Assembly: GCA_963760795.1 (NCBI GenBank)
Contig: CAVXEP010000029.1
Span: forward strand, 96,001-160,000
Source of the DNA: an uncultured delta proteobacterium
GTDB lineage: Bacteria; Desulfobacterota; Binatia; UBA9968
Direction: 5' to 3'
Length of the DNA stretch: 64,000 nt
The stretch's first letter is position 1. Every line of letters begins with the position of its first letter. Shown here in pieces: positions 1-11,433 of this stretch. The position numbers were made by a program, and so were the translations under genes. Under the pieces are notes generated by a model. The model made no database searches and had not been told where the DNA came from. It saw only the letters and a program-made list of their open reading frames with translations.

Positions 1-1284
1 AATGAATTCAAATAATTCGGCCAGCGATTCCTTGGCGATCTCGCCACTCGACGGGTCGTAAATGTGAATCTGTTTCTTGCCCATGGCGAAGGGATTCTCC
101 GGCCGGGGATCTTGTGTCGCCATGTCGACGCGAAATGTCAGGTCGCGCAGCGCCGTCGGTAAACCGGCGCGAATGCGCTTCTCCCAGTCGGTGTCTTGGA
201 TCAAGTCGACGCCGTAGTGCAGCTCGTTGAGCGAAAGCGTACGATCGAACGCCATCTTCCATTTCACCTCGCGATGGAGCACGGATTCCCATTCCTTACC
301 GAGCGCCTCATGCTCGCTTTTCTGCCGCCCCCAGCGGGAAACTTCTTGCAGAAGCGACCAGTCGGTCAAGTAAAGATAGTCTTCCATGTGCTCCAGCGGA
401 TTGCCGGGAAACAGCAATTTCATGGTCTCAGGAAAGATATCGCGCAAGTGCAAGTCGATCGCCCTGGTAGTGCGATGGTAATAAACGTTGGTGTAGAGGT
501 AGAGCCGGGCGTTGAGAAAAGTTGTCAGTGCATTGTTGCCGGCCTTGTGCACCGTTAGACCTTTAGGCGAAAAAAAGGTGTAGTGGAGCAGGCGCTCGCG
601 ATCCACGGGTCCGGGATGGACACCGCACATGTACGAGTCGCGCGAGACGTAATCCAAGTTGTCGAAAGTGAAAATACCGCCCGTCAGCGGTTGCAGAAAG
701 CGCACCCATCGGGGTTTGTGGTTATCCTCCTTGCCGTTTTTCTTGATCGGAAAGGCGACATCCTCGGGACGTAATTCTTCGCCGGCGGCGAAAGGCCCGC
801 TCGGGCTGCGGCGCAATTGACTGATGATGTCGCCCAAATATTTTAGGATAATCCTTTGACCTAAGTCTTCATGGCTGATTTCATAGTGGTGCAGAAAGTT
901 ATCGTCGAAAAAATGGCCGAAAGGGCCATGACCGATGTCGTGCAACAGACCGACGACGCGCATGTATTGTTCGATATAAGGCGCCGACGGGCACTCGTCG
1001 CCTAGGACTTTGCGCAACGATGGATATAAGTGCTTACCGAATTCGCCAGCCATATGCATGGCGCCCAAGGAGTGTTGAAACCGGCTATGTTCCGCCGACG
1101 GGTAAACCCAACGGGCGCTTTGCAGCTGGTATATGTAGCGCAGCCGCTGCACCCATGGTGAATCGATCAACGCCTTCTCAGTCACCTCGCCTTTCGATTC
1201 CGGCACGGTGAACTGAATGTAGCGATGGATCGGGTCGGCGATCAGCGCCGTGCCGCCGAATTCGTTATCGATCAACTGTGACAT
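1..1284 (-). CDS. HD-superfamily phosphohydrolase (dNTPase/YdhJ-like), 3' end runs off the window
   Basis: Own translation from ATG 1284: MSQLIDNEFGGTALIADPIHRYIQF...WVQRLRYIYQLQSARWVYPSAEHSRFQHSLGAMH...GLLHDIGHGPFGHFFD. These are the DPIH, QRL..I.Q, H(S/T)RF.HSLG and HD.GHGPF motifs. Not in the ORF track because it is truncated. Confidence 0.9.
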   Translation of the reverse strand, partial: MSQLIDNEFGGTALIADPIHRYIQFTVPESKGEVTEKALIDSPWVQRLRYIYQLQSARWVYPSAEHSRFQHSLGAMHMAGEFGKHLYPSLRKVLGDECPSAPYIEQYMRVVGLLHDIGHGPFGHFFDDNFLHHYEISHEDLGQRIILKYLGDIISQLRRSPSGPFAAGEELRPEDVAFPIKKNGKEDNHKPRWVRFLQPLTGGIFTFDNLDYVSRDSYMCGVHPGPVDRERLLHYTFFSPKGLTVHKAGNNALTTFLNARLYLYTNVYYHRTTRAIDLHLRDIFPETMKLLFPGNPLEHMEDYLYLTDWSLLQEVSRWGRQKSEHEALGKEWESVLHREVKWKMAFDRTLSLNELHYGVDLIQDTDWEKRIRAGLPTALRDLTFRVDMATQDPRPENPFAMGKKQIHIYDPSSGEIAKESLAELFEFI

Positions 1285-1348
1285 CTCTTCGCTTTGGTCG
1301 GACTGGTAAATTCCCAGGCATCAACCGATGCCGTCGTCACGACCTGTA

Positions 1349-1768
1349 TTACAGTTCGAAAATCACCTGAGCGACCCATTGATCGCCGGTTTTTTGCATG
1401 CGGCTCTTGTGCTCCGCCACCGTAGCGATTTCCTGTTTGATTTCATGGCGGTCGGGATCGCTCTTCTCGCCGCAGACTTCGGCTTTAACGATCGTATCTT
1501 TGACTTCGGTGATTTTGAATTCTTTAAGCAGATAGCCGCCGCCCTGGTACAGGTAGAGCAGCTCGCGCAGCCAGTTGACGATCAATTCATCACGATCGGC
1601 GCCCTCGACCTCGAGAGGCAGACTCTCTTTGACTTCGATCTTGTCGATGTCGGCCATGACGTCGAACAAAGCGAGGCCCGAGTTTACAAACAAGTCCGCC
1701 TGTGAGTCGCCGGTGATACGCACGGCCAATTCGCTTTGGTGTTGGGTGATGCGGTATTTGTTGTCCAT
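1349..1768 (-). CDS. Archease-family protein (divergent)
   Basis: 139 aa with archease-like pattern (G...LF.N.GLALF, D.DELIVNWL.ELLYL, GE..D..RH....EI, W.AQVIF at the C-terminus). Confidence 0.8.
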   Translation of the reverse strand: MDNKYRITQHQSELAVRITGDSQADLFVNSGLALFDVMADIDKIEVKESLPLEVEGADRDELIVNWLRELLYLYQGGGYLLKEFKITEVKDTIVKAEVCGEKSDPDRHEIKQEIATVAEHKSRMQKTGDQWVAQVIFEL

Positions 1769-1774
1769 GATCGA

Positions 1775-2080
1775 TCAGCCTTTAGAATCAAACGCGGGCG
1801 CTCTGACTTCCTCCAAGAGATGGTCTATTATAAATCGCCGTCCGGCAAAATCGTCATCCAATAAGCGGCGAATCTCTGGACGGTCATAACAATCAATACA
1901 GGTAAGAATATCGGTCGGATCGGTCAATTTCAGATATCGCACCGGTGGTGTGTCGGTTTTAGAATTGACGATAACGTCCCAATCGCTATGGCCGGTGTGC
2001 AGGAGATAATAATCAACCCTGTAGCTTTTCTGCGTGTGTATTGTGCCCCGAACTTCTCTACCACAGTGGTAACACCGCAT
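1775..2080 (-). CDS. Small hypothetical protein with two CxxC motifs (possible Zn-binding)
   Basis: CYHC at the N-terminus and CIDC later; AGGAG RBS; tightly packed in the operon. Confidence 0.7.
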   Translation of the reverse strand: MRCYHCGREVRGTIHTQKSYRVDYYLLHTGHSDWDVIVNSKTDTPPVRYLKLTDPTDILTCIDCYDRPEIRRLLDDDFAGRRFIIDHLLEEVRAPAFDSKG

Positions 2081-2090
2081 AGTCTCCTAT

Positions 2091-2840
2091 TTATACCCGG
2101 TTTATCAGGCTCGCCGCAAACCCGGCGCCAAAGCCATTGTCAATGTTGACCACAGTTACTCCGGCGGCGCATGAATTGAGCATGCCTAACAGCGCCGACA
2201 GTCCATGAAAACTGGCACCGTAACCTATACTCGTTGGTACCGCGATTACCGGTTTCGCAACCAAACCGGCGACCACGCTGGGTAACGCACCTTCCATGCC
2301 AGCGACGACGATTAAGACCGCCGCGCCGTCGAGCTTGGCTCGATTGCCGAACAAGCGATGAATGCCGGCGACACCGACGTCAAAAAGCCGCTCGACCTTG
2401 TTGCCCATCATGGTCGCCGTGAGCGCCGCTTCCTCGGCAACCGGGATGTCCGAAGTGCCCGCCGAAACCACCAGAATGATGCCTCTACCGGTGGCGCGGA
2501 TCGGCTTGGCCGTCCAAGTTGCTGCCTGGGCGATGGGATACAGTTTCAAGCCGAGGCGGTAGCGTTTCAGTTGCTCTATCTGGCGATCATGTAATCTGGT
2601 GATCAGAACGTTGCTTTTACGCCGCTGCATGACCCGCACGATGGAGGCGATGTCTTTGGTTTGTTTGCCCTGACCCATGACCACTTCGGGAAAACCTTGA
2701 CGCAAAGCGCGATGATGGTCGAGCTTGGCAAAACCGAGGTCTTCAAAAGGCAGATCGCGCAATCGCTGCAGCGCCTGAGCGATAGTGACTTTGCCCCGCT
2801 GTACGCGTTCGAGAAGTTTTTCCAGTTCCTCGGCGTCCAT
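2091..2840 (-). CDS. larB: Nickel-pincer cofactor biosynthesis protein LarB (AIR carboxylase-like)
   Basis: LDHHR.LRQGFPEVV, AGTSD.PVAEEA, DVGVAGIHRL, VAGMEGALPSVV, PVIAVPTSIGYG and NIDNGFGAG motifs. Confidence 0.92.
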   Translation of the reverse strand: MDAEELEKLLERVQRGKVTIAQALQRLRDLPFEDLGFAKLDHHRALRQGFPEVVMGQGKQTKDIASIVRVMQRRKSNVLITRLHDRQIEQLKRYRLGLKLYPIAQAATWTAKPIRATGRGIILVVSAGTSDIPVAEEAALTATMMGNKVERLFDVGVAGIHRLFGNRAKLDGAAVLIVVAGMEGALPSVVAGLVAKPVIAVPTSIGYGASFHGLSALLGMLNSCAAGVTVVNIDNGFGAGFAASLINRV

Positions 2841-2908
2841 GGTTTAATCGGCAATCGCGTCGGTCATGATAGGCAAGCAGGCATACTAGTGGTTCTTTTG
2901 GCGCGAGG

Positions 2909-3898
2909 CTACGGTTTTTTGAAATGGTCGTGGCCCGCTGCTTTGACTGCGATAGTGGCGCCGCTGGCGTCAACCACATGGACGCCGTTGCCAACCGGCG
3001 TGCATAAGCCGATCCGTGAGATCGCTACGCCAGCCAGCCGGTTAAGTTTTTCGATGCGCTTTCTCCGGCGCGGGGGGGCGCAGAAAAGTAACTCGTAATC
3101 CTCGCCGCCGCTCATAGCGCAGCGCATGCCGATTTTGCCCGCCAGCGCACGATAAGCGTTCGACAGCGGTAGTTTGTCTTGTTGGATGGTCGCGCCGACA
3201 TGGCTAGCTTGGCAGATATGGTCCAAGTCCTGAATTAAACCGTCGCTGATATCGATCATCGCCGTGGGCAGATTTCGTTGCGCCAGGAGTGCGGCTGCGG
3301 CAAGGCGAGGCGTCGGCCGGTGATGGCGCTTGAGCAATTGTGCCATAGCGCGGCTCTGCCGCAGCTGCTTCCGCCGTAGCAGCGCCAAACCAAGTGCGGC
3401 GTCGCCAAGGGTACCGGTGACATAAATATCGTCGCCGACATGGGCGCCGCTACGGCAAATCGGTTTGCTCGGCGGATGACCGATGACGCACACCGAGATC
3501 AGCAACGAATCGGCTAGGTTCGTGTCGCCACCAACGACGGTTACCCCATGCTTTTTTGCCAAGCCGTTGATGCCGCGGTAGAGCTCGTCGAGTTGTTTGC
3601 TGTCGAAGTTCGCGGGAATGCCGAGGGAAAGCATCGCGTACGCGGGCACACCGCCCATGGCGGCGATGTCGCTTAGATTAACCGCGAGAGATTTGTCGCC
3701 CAGATCGGCGAGGGATGTCCATCGGAGATCGAAATGAATGCCCTCGATCAACAGGTCGGCGGTGACGAGCGACGATCCTTGCGGATGATCGACCCAAGCG
3801 GCATCGTCACCAATCCCTAGTCGTACGCCGCGGCCCACCGAAACCCTACGGCGGATTCTATCGATAAGACCGAATTCCCCGAGCCGGCTGAGTTTCAT
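2909..3898 (-). CDS. thiL: Thiamine-monophosphate kinase
   Basis: [37 protein letters not shown] and GGEDYELLF motifs; start set at MKLSRLGEF. Confidence 0.95.
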   Translation of the reverse strand: MKLSRLGEFGLIDRIRRRVSVGRGVRLGIGDDAAWVDHPQGSSLVTADLLIEGIHFDLRWTSLADLGDKSLAVNLSDIAAMGGVPAYAMLSLGIPANFDSKQLDELYRGINGLAKKHGVTVVGGDTNLADSLLISVCVIGHPPSKPICRSGAHVGDDIYVTGTLGDAALGLALLRRKQLRQSRAMAQLLKRHHRPTPRLAAAALLAQRNLPTAMIDISDGLIQDLDHICQASHVGATIQQDKLPLSNAYRALAGKIGMRCAMSGGEDYELLFCAPPRRRKRIEKLNRLAGVAISRIGLCTPVGNGVHVVDASGATIAVKAAGHDHFKKP

Positions 3899-3988
3899 GA
3901 AGGTAGGCGAGCATAGCCTCATTGAGAGGGAGATATCACTGCGTTGGGAATTTCTTTGCAGCAGTGTTGCGGCAACTGCACTACAGTT

Positions 3989-6493
3989 CTACGGTCGCAA
4001 AGGAATCGATTTCTCGCGATGCCGTTTTATCACCGGTCGAACCGGGCGCTTGGCCAAACGTCTTTTGCTGGCGCGAACACGGGCTTTTTCGCTCGCGGAA
4101 TGTGATTTTCCAACCGGTTTAACCCGCTCGATCAACGCGACTTTCAGGACATCCGACATATTCTGGGCAACCACCCAACGGAGCTTGCGCCGGAGTGGCT
4201 TGGGAATTTCATCGAGATCTTTTTCGTTGCGCTCGGGAATGAGGATGGTCTTGATGCCGGCGCGGAACGCCGCGAGGGATTTCTCTTTGAGGCCGCCGAT
4301 CGGCAACACTCGGCCGCGCAAGGTAATCTCGCCGGTCATGGCGACATCACGGTTCACCGGTCGTTTGGTCAACGCCGAAATCAGCGCGGTTGCCATGGTA
4401 ATGCCGGCTGAGGGACCGTCTTTGGGAATCGCTCCGGCTGGGACATGAATGTGGATGTCGAGCTTCTGATAAAAGTCTTCTTCAATGCCGAGTTTGTTAG
4501 CGTGCGCGCGAGCGTAGCTGACCGCCGCCTGGGCGGACTCCTTCATCACATCGCCGAGTTGGCCGGTAAGCGTAAGGTTGCCCCGGCCTCGGGATAGCGA
4601 GGCCTCGACATAAAGAACCTCACCACCGGCGGTCGTCCATGCCAAGCCGGTGGCAACGCCGATTTCATGGTGCTCCTGTTCGGGTTCGGGCAAAAACTTC
4701 GGCGCGCCGAGAAAGCTATGCAAATTTCCCCTTGTAACGCGGGTCAACTCGTCTTTGCCTTCGGCGACTTTGCGCGCGACCTTGCGGCAGATCGAGGCAA
4801 ACTCCCTTTCGAGATTGCGCAGGCCGGCTTCCTTGGTGTACTCGGCGATAATACGCAGCACCGCGTCGTCGGAGATTTCCAAGCGTTTGAACGCGATGCC
4901 GTTATCGTCAAGCTGCCGCGGGATGAGATACTTGCGCGCGATCTCGAGCTTTTCCTCGTTGGTGTAGCCCGACAGCTGAATTACTTCCATGCGGTCCGCC
5001 AGGGCGGCCGGAATCGGATCGAGCAGATTCGCCGTGCAAATGAACAACACGTTGGAGAGATCGAACGGTAAATTCAAATAATGATCGCTGAACGCGTGAT
5101 TCTGTTCCGGGTCCAAGACTTCCAACAGCGCGGCCGACGGATCGCCACGAAAATCGGCGCCGACCTTGTCGATCTCGTCGAGCATAAAAACCGGATTGTT
5201 CGAACCGGCTTGTTTGATACCCTGAACGATGCGCCCTGGCAACGCGCCGACGTAGGTGCGCCGATGGCCGCGAATCTCCGCTTCATCGCGGACACCGCCG
5301 AGCGAGATGCGCACGAAATTACGGCCGAGGGCGCGGGCGATGGACCGGCCTAACGAAGTCTTACCGACTCCCGGTGGGCCGACGAAGCAAAGTATCGGAC
5401 CTTTGATCTTGCGCCGTAGCTTGTTGACCGCGAGATATTCGAGGATGCGTTCCTTGATTTTCTCGAGGTTGTAATGATCTTCGTCGAGCACCTGTTTGGC
5501 TTTGCGAATATTGAGATTGTCCTTGGTCTTTTTGCTCCAAGGCAGTTCGACGAGCCAGTCTAAATAAGTGCGCACCAAGGAGGCTTCCGAGGATTCCGGA
5601 TGCATCTGTTCCAGGCGGCGCAGCTGCTTGTCCGCTTCGCGCTTAACCTCCGTCGGCATCTTGGCCTTTTCGATCTGTTTTTTGACCTCGCCGAGTTCTT
5701 CGGCGCGTTCGTCGCCTTCGCCAAGCTCTTGCTGGATTTGTTTGAGCTGCTCGCGCAAGTAGTAGTCGCGTTGCGTCTTGCTCATCTCTTCTTTGGCTTG
5801 GTTCTGAATGCGTGCCTGCATGGTTGACAGCTCGAGCTCGCGGGTGAGCAGCTCGTTGACTTTTTTCAACCGCTCGATTGGATCGAAGACCTCGAGAATC
5901 GCCTGGCTCTCCTCGATCTTGAGCCGCAGATTCGAGGCCACCAGATCGGCGAGCACGCCGGGATCGCTGATGTTATCGGTGACCATGACGATTTCCGGCG
6001 GCAGGTTCTTCAGATTCAAAATTTGCTCGATCTTCTCCTTGGCCGAGCGCATCAGCGCTTCGACCTCGATCGGCACTTCCGGTAACGTCGGCTCGATAAC
6101 TTTCCGGATTTTGATTTCGAAAAACGGCCGCTCGCGCAGATAGCTGTCGACTTCCCCCTTGGCCAACCCTTGGACGAGTATTTTCACCCGGCCGTCGGCC
6201 AACTTGAGCATGCGCATGATCGACGCGATGGTGCCGACTTTGTGGATATCTGCTGGATTGGGATTTTCCTCGGCGGAGTTTTTCTGCGAGACGAGAAAAA
6301 TCAAGCGGTCGCGGGAGAGCGCCTCCTCGACGGCGCGAATCGAAATATCGCGGCCGACGAACAGCGGCAACATCATGTACGGGTAAATGACGATGTCGCG
6401 GATCGGCAGTAGTGGCAGAATCTCGGGAATCTCAACTTGAGTTCCTTTGTTGTCCGGGCTCTCCACTTTCCATTCTGCGTCACTCATGGGCAC
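3989..6493 (-). CDS. lon: ATP-dependent Lon protease
   Basis: LON N-domain, Walker [15 protein letters not shown], catalytic PKDGPSAG and IGGLKEK. Confidence 0.97.
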   Translation of the reverse strand: MPMSDAEWKVESPDNKGTQVEIPEILPLLPIRDIVIYPYMMLPLFVGRDISIRAVEEALSRDRLIFLVSQKNSAEENPNPADIHKVGTIASIMRMLKLADGRVKILVQGLAKGEVDSYLRERPFFEIKIRKVIEPTLPEVPIEVEALMRSAKEKIEQILNLKNLPPEIVMVTDNISDPGVLADLVASNLRLKIEESQAILEVFDPIERLKKVNELLTRELELSTMQARIQNQAKEEMSKTQRDYYLREQLKQIQQELGEGDERAEELGEVKKQIEKAKMPTEVKREADKQLRRLEQMHPESSEASLVRTYLDWLVELPWSKKTKDNLNIRKAKQVLDEDHYNLEKIKERILEYLAVNKLRRKIKGPILCFVGPPGVGKTSLGRSIARALGRNFVRISLGGVRDEAEIRGHRRTYVGALPGRIVQGIKQAGSNNPVFMLDEIDKVGADFRGDPSAALLEVLDPEQNHAFSDHYLNLPFDLSNVLFICTANLLDPIPAALADRMEVIQLSGYTNEEKLEIARKYLIPRQLDDNGIAFKRLEISDDAVLRIIAEYTKEAGLRNLEREFASICRKVARKVAEGKDELTRVTRGNLHSFLGAPKFLPEPEQEHHEIGVATGLAWTTAGGEVLYVEASLSRGRGNLTLTGQLGDVMKESAQAAVSYARAHANKLGIEEDFYQKLDIHIHVPAGAIPKDGPSAGITMATALISALTKRPVNRDVAMTGEITLRGRVLPIGGLKEKSLAAFRAGIKTILIPERNEKDLDEIPKPLRRKLRWVVAQNMSDVLKVALIERVKPVGKSHSASEKARVRASKRRLAKRPVRPVIKRHREKSIPLRP

Positions 6494-6630
6494 TCCAATT
6501 GACCACTTAACTTAATCACGTTGCATGGGTAGGTCAACCAGAAAGAAGCTCGGCGGCAGAATTAATTATCTGGGGCGAAGGCGGTAGACTCAAATGGGCC
6601 GGTATGAGAATAACCCTATCGGCACAAAGA

Positions 6631-7745
6631 TTAGTCGAAAAGTTGCTTCATCTTGTCGAAAAATCCCTTCGACATGGGATTGACATCCTCACCACCGATG
6701 GCGGCAAACTCTTTGAGCAGCTCTTTTTGCTTACTGGTCAAATGTGTCGGCGTTTCCACCGTGACGCGCACATGCTGGTCACCTTGCTGAAATCCTTGCA
6801 CGTCTTTGACGCCTCGGCCCTTCATGCGAAAGAGTTTGCCGGATTGTGTGCCGCTAGGGATCTTCATTTTCACTTTGCCATCAAGAGTCGGCACGTCGAT
6901 CTCCGCGCCCAACGCGGCTTGAACGAAACTGATCGGCACGTCGCATAAGATATCGAGATTCTCGCGCACGAAAATCGGGTGCGACTCCACCTGGACGACG
7001 ACATAGAGATCGCCAGGACTGCCACCCACCGGTCCAGTCTCACCCTCGGCGCGCAGTTTCAAACGCGATCCGGTATCTACGCCAGCGGGAATTTTTACGC
7101 TCAGCGTATGCATGGCGCGCATACGGCCGGCCCCGCCGCAGGTGACGCAAGGATCTTTGATAATTGTACCCTGACCTTGGCATTTATCGCAGGTGCGCGA
7201 GACGCTGAAAAAGCCCTGTTGAAAGGCAACCTGGCCGCGGCCGCGGCATTTCGGACAGGTTTCTGGCGTGGTTCCCGGCTTGGCGCCGTTGCCGCGGCAG
7301 GTCTCGCAGGGGCCATGGCGCGGAATCTTGATCTTTTTCTCGGTGCCTGAAACCGCTTCCTCGAATTTCAAAGAGAGATTATAGCGGAGATCGTCACCGC
7401 GCGATTGGCCGCGGCGCCGGCCACCGCCACCGAAGAACTCGCCGAAAATATCGCCGAAGACATCTTCAAAGCCACCACCGGAAAAGTCAAATCCACGCCT
7501 GCGGGGCCACCGTCACCGAATGCCGCATGGCCAAACTGATCGTATTGGGCGCGTTTCTGCGCGTCGGAAAGAACTGAATAGGCTTCGGAAATCTCCTTGA
7601 ATTTTTCTTCTGCCTGTTTGTCGCCTGGATTGCGGTCCGGATGATATTGCAGTGCTAACTTTCGGTAGGCCTTTTTAAAATCATCCTCGCTCGCGTTGCG
7701 GTTGACCCCGAGTAGCTCGTAGTAGTCTTTCTTAGCTGCAGCCAA
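6631..7745 (-). CDS. dnaJ: Chaperone DnaJ, split by a 1-nt frameshift near 7497
   Basis: J-domain ([13 protein letters not shown]) in ORF 7368..7826 and four CxxCxGxG repeats plus the C-domain in ORF 6631..7371. Restoring one G in GGC G[G]T GGA TTT GAC gives a continuous G/F linker. Start is TTG 7745. Confidence 0.93.
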
Positions 7746-7781
7746 GGGTTTCCTCGTGTCATTCTCGACCGGAATGAGCAA

Positions 7782-7819
7782 CAAAGCCCCTCTCCACGAT
7801 TTTCGGGAGAGGGGCTTTG
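7782..7819 (-). terminator. Stem-loop between dnaK and dnaJ (terminator/attenuator-like)
   Basis: CAAAGCCCCTCTCC...GGAGAGGGGCTTTG 14-bp inverted repeat. Confidence 0.7.
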
Positions 7820-7848
7820 ATTGCACTAGGTCCGTTTAGGTCTCGATG

Positions 7849-9771
7849 TTAGTCCTTTACCTCGGTGAAGTCAGCGTCAACAACATCGTCCTTTTTCTTG
7901 CCGCCGCCGGCTCCCGCACCTTTATCGTCGGTTGCTTCACCGGCCTGTTGCGCCGCTTGCTGCTGCGACGCCTTGGCGTACATCGCCTCCGCCAACTTGT
8001 GCGACGATTGGCTTAAAGCCTCAGCGGCCTTACGCATGGCCTCCGCATCCTGGCCCTCAAGCGTTTCTTTGGCTTGCTTTAACGCCGCTTCGATACTTTC
8101 CTTGACGCCGGCGTCAAGATCGCCGCCGTATTCGCTGAGCGACTTTTCAGTGGAGTACATTAGCGAGTCCAATTGATTGCGCGCTTCAACGGTTTCTTTT
8201 TTCTTCTTGTCGTCGTCCGCGTGAGCTTCAGCTTCGCGGACCATTTTCTTAATCTCTGCTTCACTAAGTCCCGTGGAGGCGGTGATCTTAATCGATTGCT
8301 CTTTACCCGTTCCCAAGTCCTTCGCCGCGACATGCACAATACCGTTGGCGTCGATATCGAACGTTACCTCGATTTGCGGCAAGCCGCGGGCCGCCAGCGG
8401 AATACCGACGAGATCAAACTGTCCTAGCAGCTTGTTATCCGCCGCCATTTCTCGTTCGCCCTGAAACACGCGGATAGAGACGGCTTGCTGATTATCCTGA
8501 GCCGTGGAAAATACCTGGCTTTTTTTCGTCGGTATGGTGGTATTGCGATCAATCAATTTCGTGAATACGCCGCCAAGGGTTTCGATACCCAATGAAAGCG
8601 GTGTAACGTCCAATAACAAGACATCTTTGACTTCGCCGGTGAGAACCGCGCCCTGGATCGCTGCGCCCATGGCCACCACTTCATCTGGATTGACGCCTTT
8701 GTGCGGTTCCTTGCCGAAAATTTTCTTAACCCGCTCCTGAACCGCTGGCATGCGCGTCATACCGCCAACTAGGATAACTTCGTGAATATCGCCGGCGCTG
8801 AGTCCGGCGTCTTTCAAAGCTTGCCGGCATGGGCCTTCTGTACGGTCAACCAAATCGGCGCACAGCGCTTCGAGCTTGGACCGGCTCAATTTAATATTGA
8901 GATGCTTCGGACCTTGTTGGTCCGCGGTGATGAACGGCAAATTGATGTCGGTTTCCATAGAAGACGACAGCTCGCATTTAGCCTTTTCACCGGCCTCTTT
9001 AAGGCGTTGTAATGCCATCCGATCTCTGCGCAAATCTATCCCTTGGTCCTTCTTAAACTCATCGGCGAGGTAATCGATGATTCGTTGGTCAAAATCTTCG
9101 CCGCCGAGAAAAGTATCGCCATTGGTCGATTTGACTTCAAATACGCCGTCGCCCAGTTCTAGAATCGAGATATCGAAGGTGCCGCCACCCAGATCGAACA
9201 CGGCGATCTTCTCGTCTTTTTTCTTGTCCAAGCCATAGGCAAGCGCCGCCGCTGTGGGTTCGTTGATGATGCGCAAAACGTTGAGGCCGGCGATTCGGCC
9301 GGCGTCTTTGGTCGCTTGCCTTTGACTATCATTAAAGTAAGCCGGTACGGTGATCACCGCCTCGGTTACTTTCTCACCGAGATAATCCTCGGCGCTCTGC
9401 TTCATTTTTTGCAGAATGAATGCCGAAATCTCCGCGGGACTGTAACCCTTGCCGCGGATTTCCACCCGAGCGTCGCCGTTGTCGTTGCCGGTGATTTTAT
9501 ACGGCAGCACGCTCGAGGCCTTCTGCACCATCGGGTCGTCGGTGCGCCTACCGATCAAACGCTTCACGGCCGAAATGGTATTTTCTGGATTGGTAATGGC
9601 CTGGCGACGAGCGATTTGACCAACGAGACGCTCCCCGCTTTCCGTAAATGCCACTACGGACGGGGTGGTCCGGCTACCTTCCGAGTTGGCGAGTACATTG
9701 GGGTCGCCGGTTTCCATGATCGCTACACAGGAGTTGGTCGTGCCAAGGTCAATTCCGATAACTTTTGCCAT
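7849..9771 (-). CDS. dnaK: Chaperone DnaK (Hsp70)
   Basis: [25 protein letters not shown] motifs and C-terminal VVDADFTEV. Confidence 0.99.
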   Translation of the reverse strand: MAKVIGIDLGTTNSCVAIMETGDPNVLANSEGSRTTPSVVAFTESGERLVGQIARRQAITNPENTISAVKRLIGRRTDDPMVQKASSVLPYKITGNDNGDARVEIRGKGYSPAEISAFILQKMKQSAEDYLGEKVTEAVITVPAYFNDSQRQATKDAGRIAGLNVLRIINEPTAAALAYGLDKKKDEKIAVFDLGGGTFDISILELGDGVFEVKSTNGDTFLGGEDFDQRIIDYLADEFKKDQGIDLRRDRMALQRLKEAGEKAKCELSSSMETDINLPFITADQQGPKHLNIKLSRSKLEALCADLVDRTEGPCRQALKDAGLSAGDIHEVILVGGMTRMPAVQERVKKIFGKEPHKGVNPDEVVAMGAAIQGAVLTGEVKDVLLLDVTPLSLGIETLGGVFTKLIDRNTTIPTKKSQVFSTAQDNQQAVSIRVFQGEREMAADNKLLGQFDLVGIPLAARGLPQIEVTFDIDANGIVHVAAKDLGTGKEQSIKITASTGLSEAEIKKMVREAEAHADDDKKKKETVEARNQLDSLMYSTEKSLSEYGGDLDAGVKESIEAALKQAKETLEGQDAEAMRKAAEALSQSSHKLAEAMYAKASQQQAAQQAGEATDDKGAGAGGGKKKDDVVDADFTEVKD

Positions 9772-9821
9772 TTTGCTTACTCCTCAGAAACGCTTTCAAA
9801 TCTTACGCCGACGCGGGTTAT

Positions 9822-10448
9822 TTAATCATCGGCTTGGTCGTTTTCAACCTCGGTTTCTGCGTTTTTTTTCTCTTGTGATATCGCTGCCTTAGATACCGTT
9901 ACCAAGGCTGGCCGCAAAAGTCGGTCGCGCATCAAGTAACCTCGCTGATGCGCTTCGACAACGGTGTTAGGCGAATGTGTAGCGCTTTCCACCTGAGCAA
10001 GCGCTTCATGTTGGGCCGGATCGAAGGTCAAGCCAACCGCGACGACCGGTTGAACTCCATGCTTAGCTAAGGTATCGAGGAACCCTTTGAGCACCATGTC
10101 GACGCCTTCAACCAGGAGCTTGCCGTTACCACTGCTGGAAGCATGGCCAATCGCCCGTTCAAGGTTGTCAATTACCGGCAATAAGTCTTTGACGAGGGTT
10201 TCGTTGGCATAGCGGACGCTTTCCTCGCGATCACGGGCGGTTCGTTTTTTGAAGTTGTCCATATCGGCGACCTGCCGGATATATCGATCATAGTTGTTTT
10301 TTGCTTCTTCTTCTTTGGCATTCAACCGAAGCCGCAGCTCGGCAATCTCGCCGTCTCGGTCTGCGACATTGTCTTGCTCTTGACTAACCCCTTGATCCGT
10401 TTGGTCGTCGTCGGATGACCCGGCAATTTTGCTATTTTCATCTGCCAT
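9822..10448 (-). CDS. grpE: Nucleotide exchange factor GrpE
   Basis: ADMDNFKKR, DLLPVIDNLERA, FDP..HEA, GY...DRLLRPA.V.V; start MADENSK with GGGGAG RBS. Confidence 0.95.
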   Translation of the reverse strand: MADENSKIAGSSDDDQTDQGVSQEQDNVADRDGEIAELRLRLNAKEEEAKNNYDRYIRQVADMDNFKKRTARDREESVRYANETLVKDLLPVIDNLERAIGHASSSGNGKLLVEGVDMVLKGFLDTLAKHGVQPVVAVGLTFDPAQHEALAQVESATHSPNTVVEAHQRGYLMRDRLLRPALVTVSKAAISQEKKNAETEVENDQADD

Positions 10449-10481
10449 GTTGAGTGCTGACTCCCCAATTATAGTCGCAAA

Positions 10482-10510
10482 AACGTAATCACGATGGCGC
10501 CTCCTGTCAA
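10482..10510 (-). promoter_or_regulatory. Putative sigma70 promoter of grpE-dnaK-dnaJ
   Basis: TTGACA-N17-TACGTT on the minus strand. Confidence 0.5.
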
Positions 10511-10610
10511 GTTTCTCCGCTTTAAAAACACTTGTTAAATTAAATAGTTGTAGTGGTGCAGAAAAAATGTTAGGGTACCCGTGTACGGTTGCACGATAAC
10601 CCTCCTGTTC

Positions 10611-11393
10611 ATGCGCTCGAGCCAAACAACCCCGGCTATTGTACTGCGTGCCCGGCCCTATGGCGAGTCAGATAAAATTGTTTCATTCTTAACCGAGGAT
10701 TTTGGTAAACTGACAGGCATCGCCAAGGGTGCGTTGCGTTCCCGGCGGCGGTTTGTCAATTCGTTGGAACCGTTTTCACTGGTGACCCTGCGCTTCCAAG
10801 ACCGCGCCCATGGTAATCTCGCTTTTCTCATCGGTGCGGATCTCCTATTCGGCTTGCGTCAGTTGGCCTCAAGCCTGGAACGAATTTCCTATGCCGCTTA
10901 TCTGGTAGAAATCACCGATGGCTTGATTAGCGATCGCGAAGAAAACTTGGCGGTCTTCCAACATTTACGGGATGGATTGCAGTATTTGGATGAAATCGGC
11001 AGTTCGCTCAGGTTTTTGACCTACTACGAACTCAAGTTGCTCCATTTGGTTGGTTATCGTCCGGCGTTGGATGTTTGTCAGCGCTGCGGACAAGCGCGCA
11101 GTCAAGCCCGGTTAGGCCAATGGCACTTTAGCCCCGCCGATGGCGGTGTGTTGTGCGATTCTTGCTCGCGGCTGCGCCGCGAAGTGTTACCATTGGGCCA
11201 TCTTGCTGCCAACATGCTTTCGACGCTGCAAACCGATTCCCACAATCGAGGCAATCGGGTTTCACTACCAGCGTCCGTCATCAGAGAGATGCGCTCGGTT
11301 TTGCTGTGCTTTATTCAGTATCAGATGGATCGTGAGATCAAATCCGCCGCATTCTTAAATCAGTTTTCTGCATTGGAAAACCCGTTAGCTTAG
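10611..11393 (+). CDS. recO: DNA repair protein RecO
   Basis: AIVLR...YGESDKIV.FLT...GK...IAKGA..SRRRF, with CxxC...CxxC Zn motif. Confidence 0.93.
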   Translation: MRSSQTTPAIVLRARPYGESDKIVSFLTEDFGKLTGIAKGALRSRRRFVNSLEPFSLVTLRFQDRAHGNLAFLIGADLLFGLRQLASSLERISYAAYLVEITDGLISDREENLAVFQHLRDGLQYLDEIGSSLRFLTYYELKLLHLVGYRPALDVCQRCGQARSQARLGQWHFSPADGGVLCDSCSRLRREVLPLGHLAANMLSTLQTDSHNRGNRVSLPASVIREMRSVLLCFIQYQMDREIKSAAFLNQFSALENPLA

Positions 11394-11433
11394 GAACTTA
11401 GAGTCGTATAGACAACTGCGAGGATCTACTCCC

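Noticed and set aside
8-1211. Several short ORFs on both strands
   Set aside because: Shadows of the HD-domain gene 1..1284 on the minus strand.
10434-10460. CIRCE-like sequence TCAGCACTC at the grpE start
   Set aside because: Only one half-site matches; the second half (GAGTGCTAA) is absent and hrcA is not adjacent.
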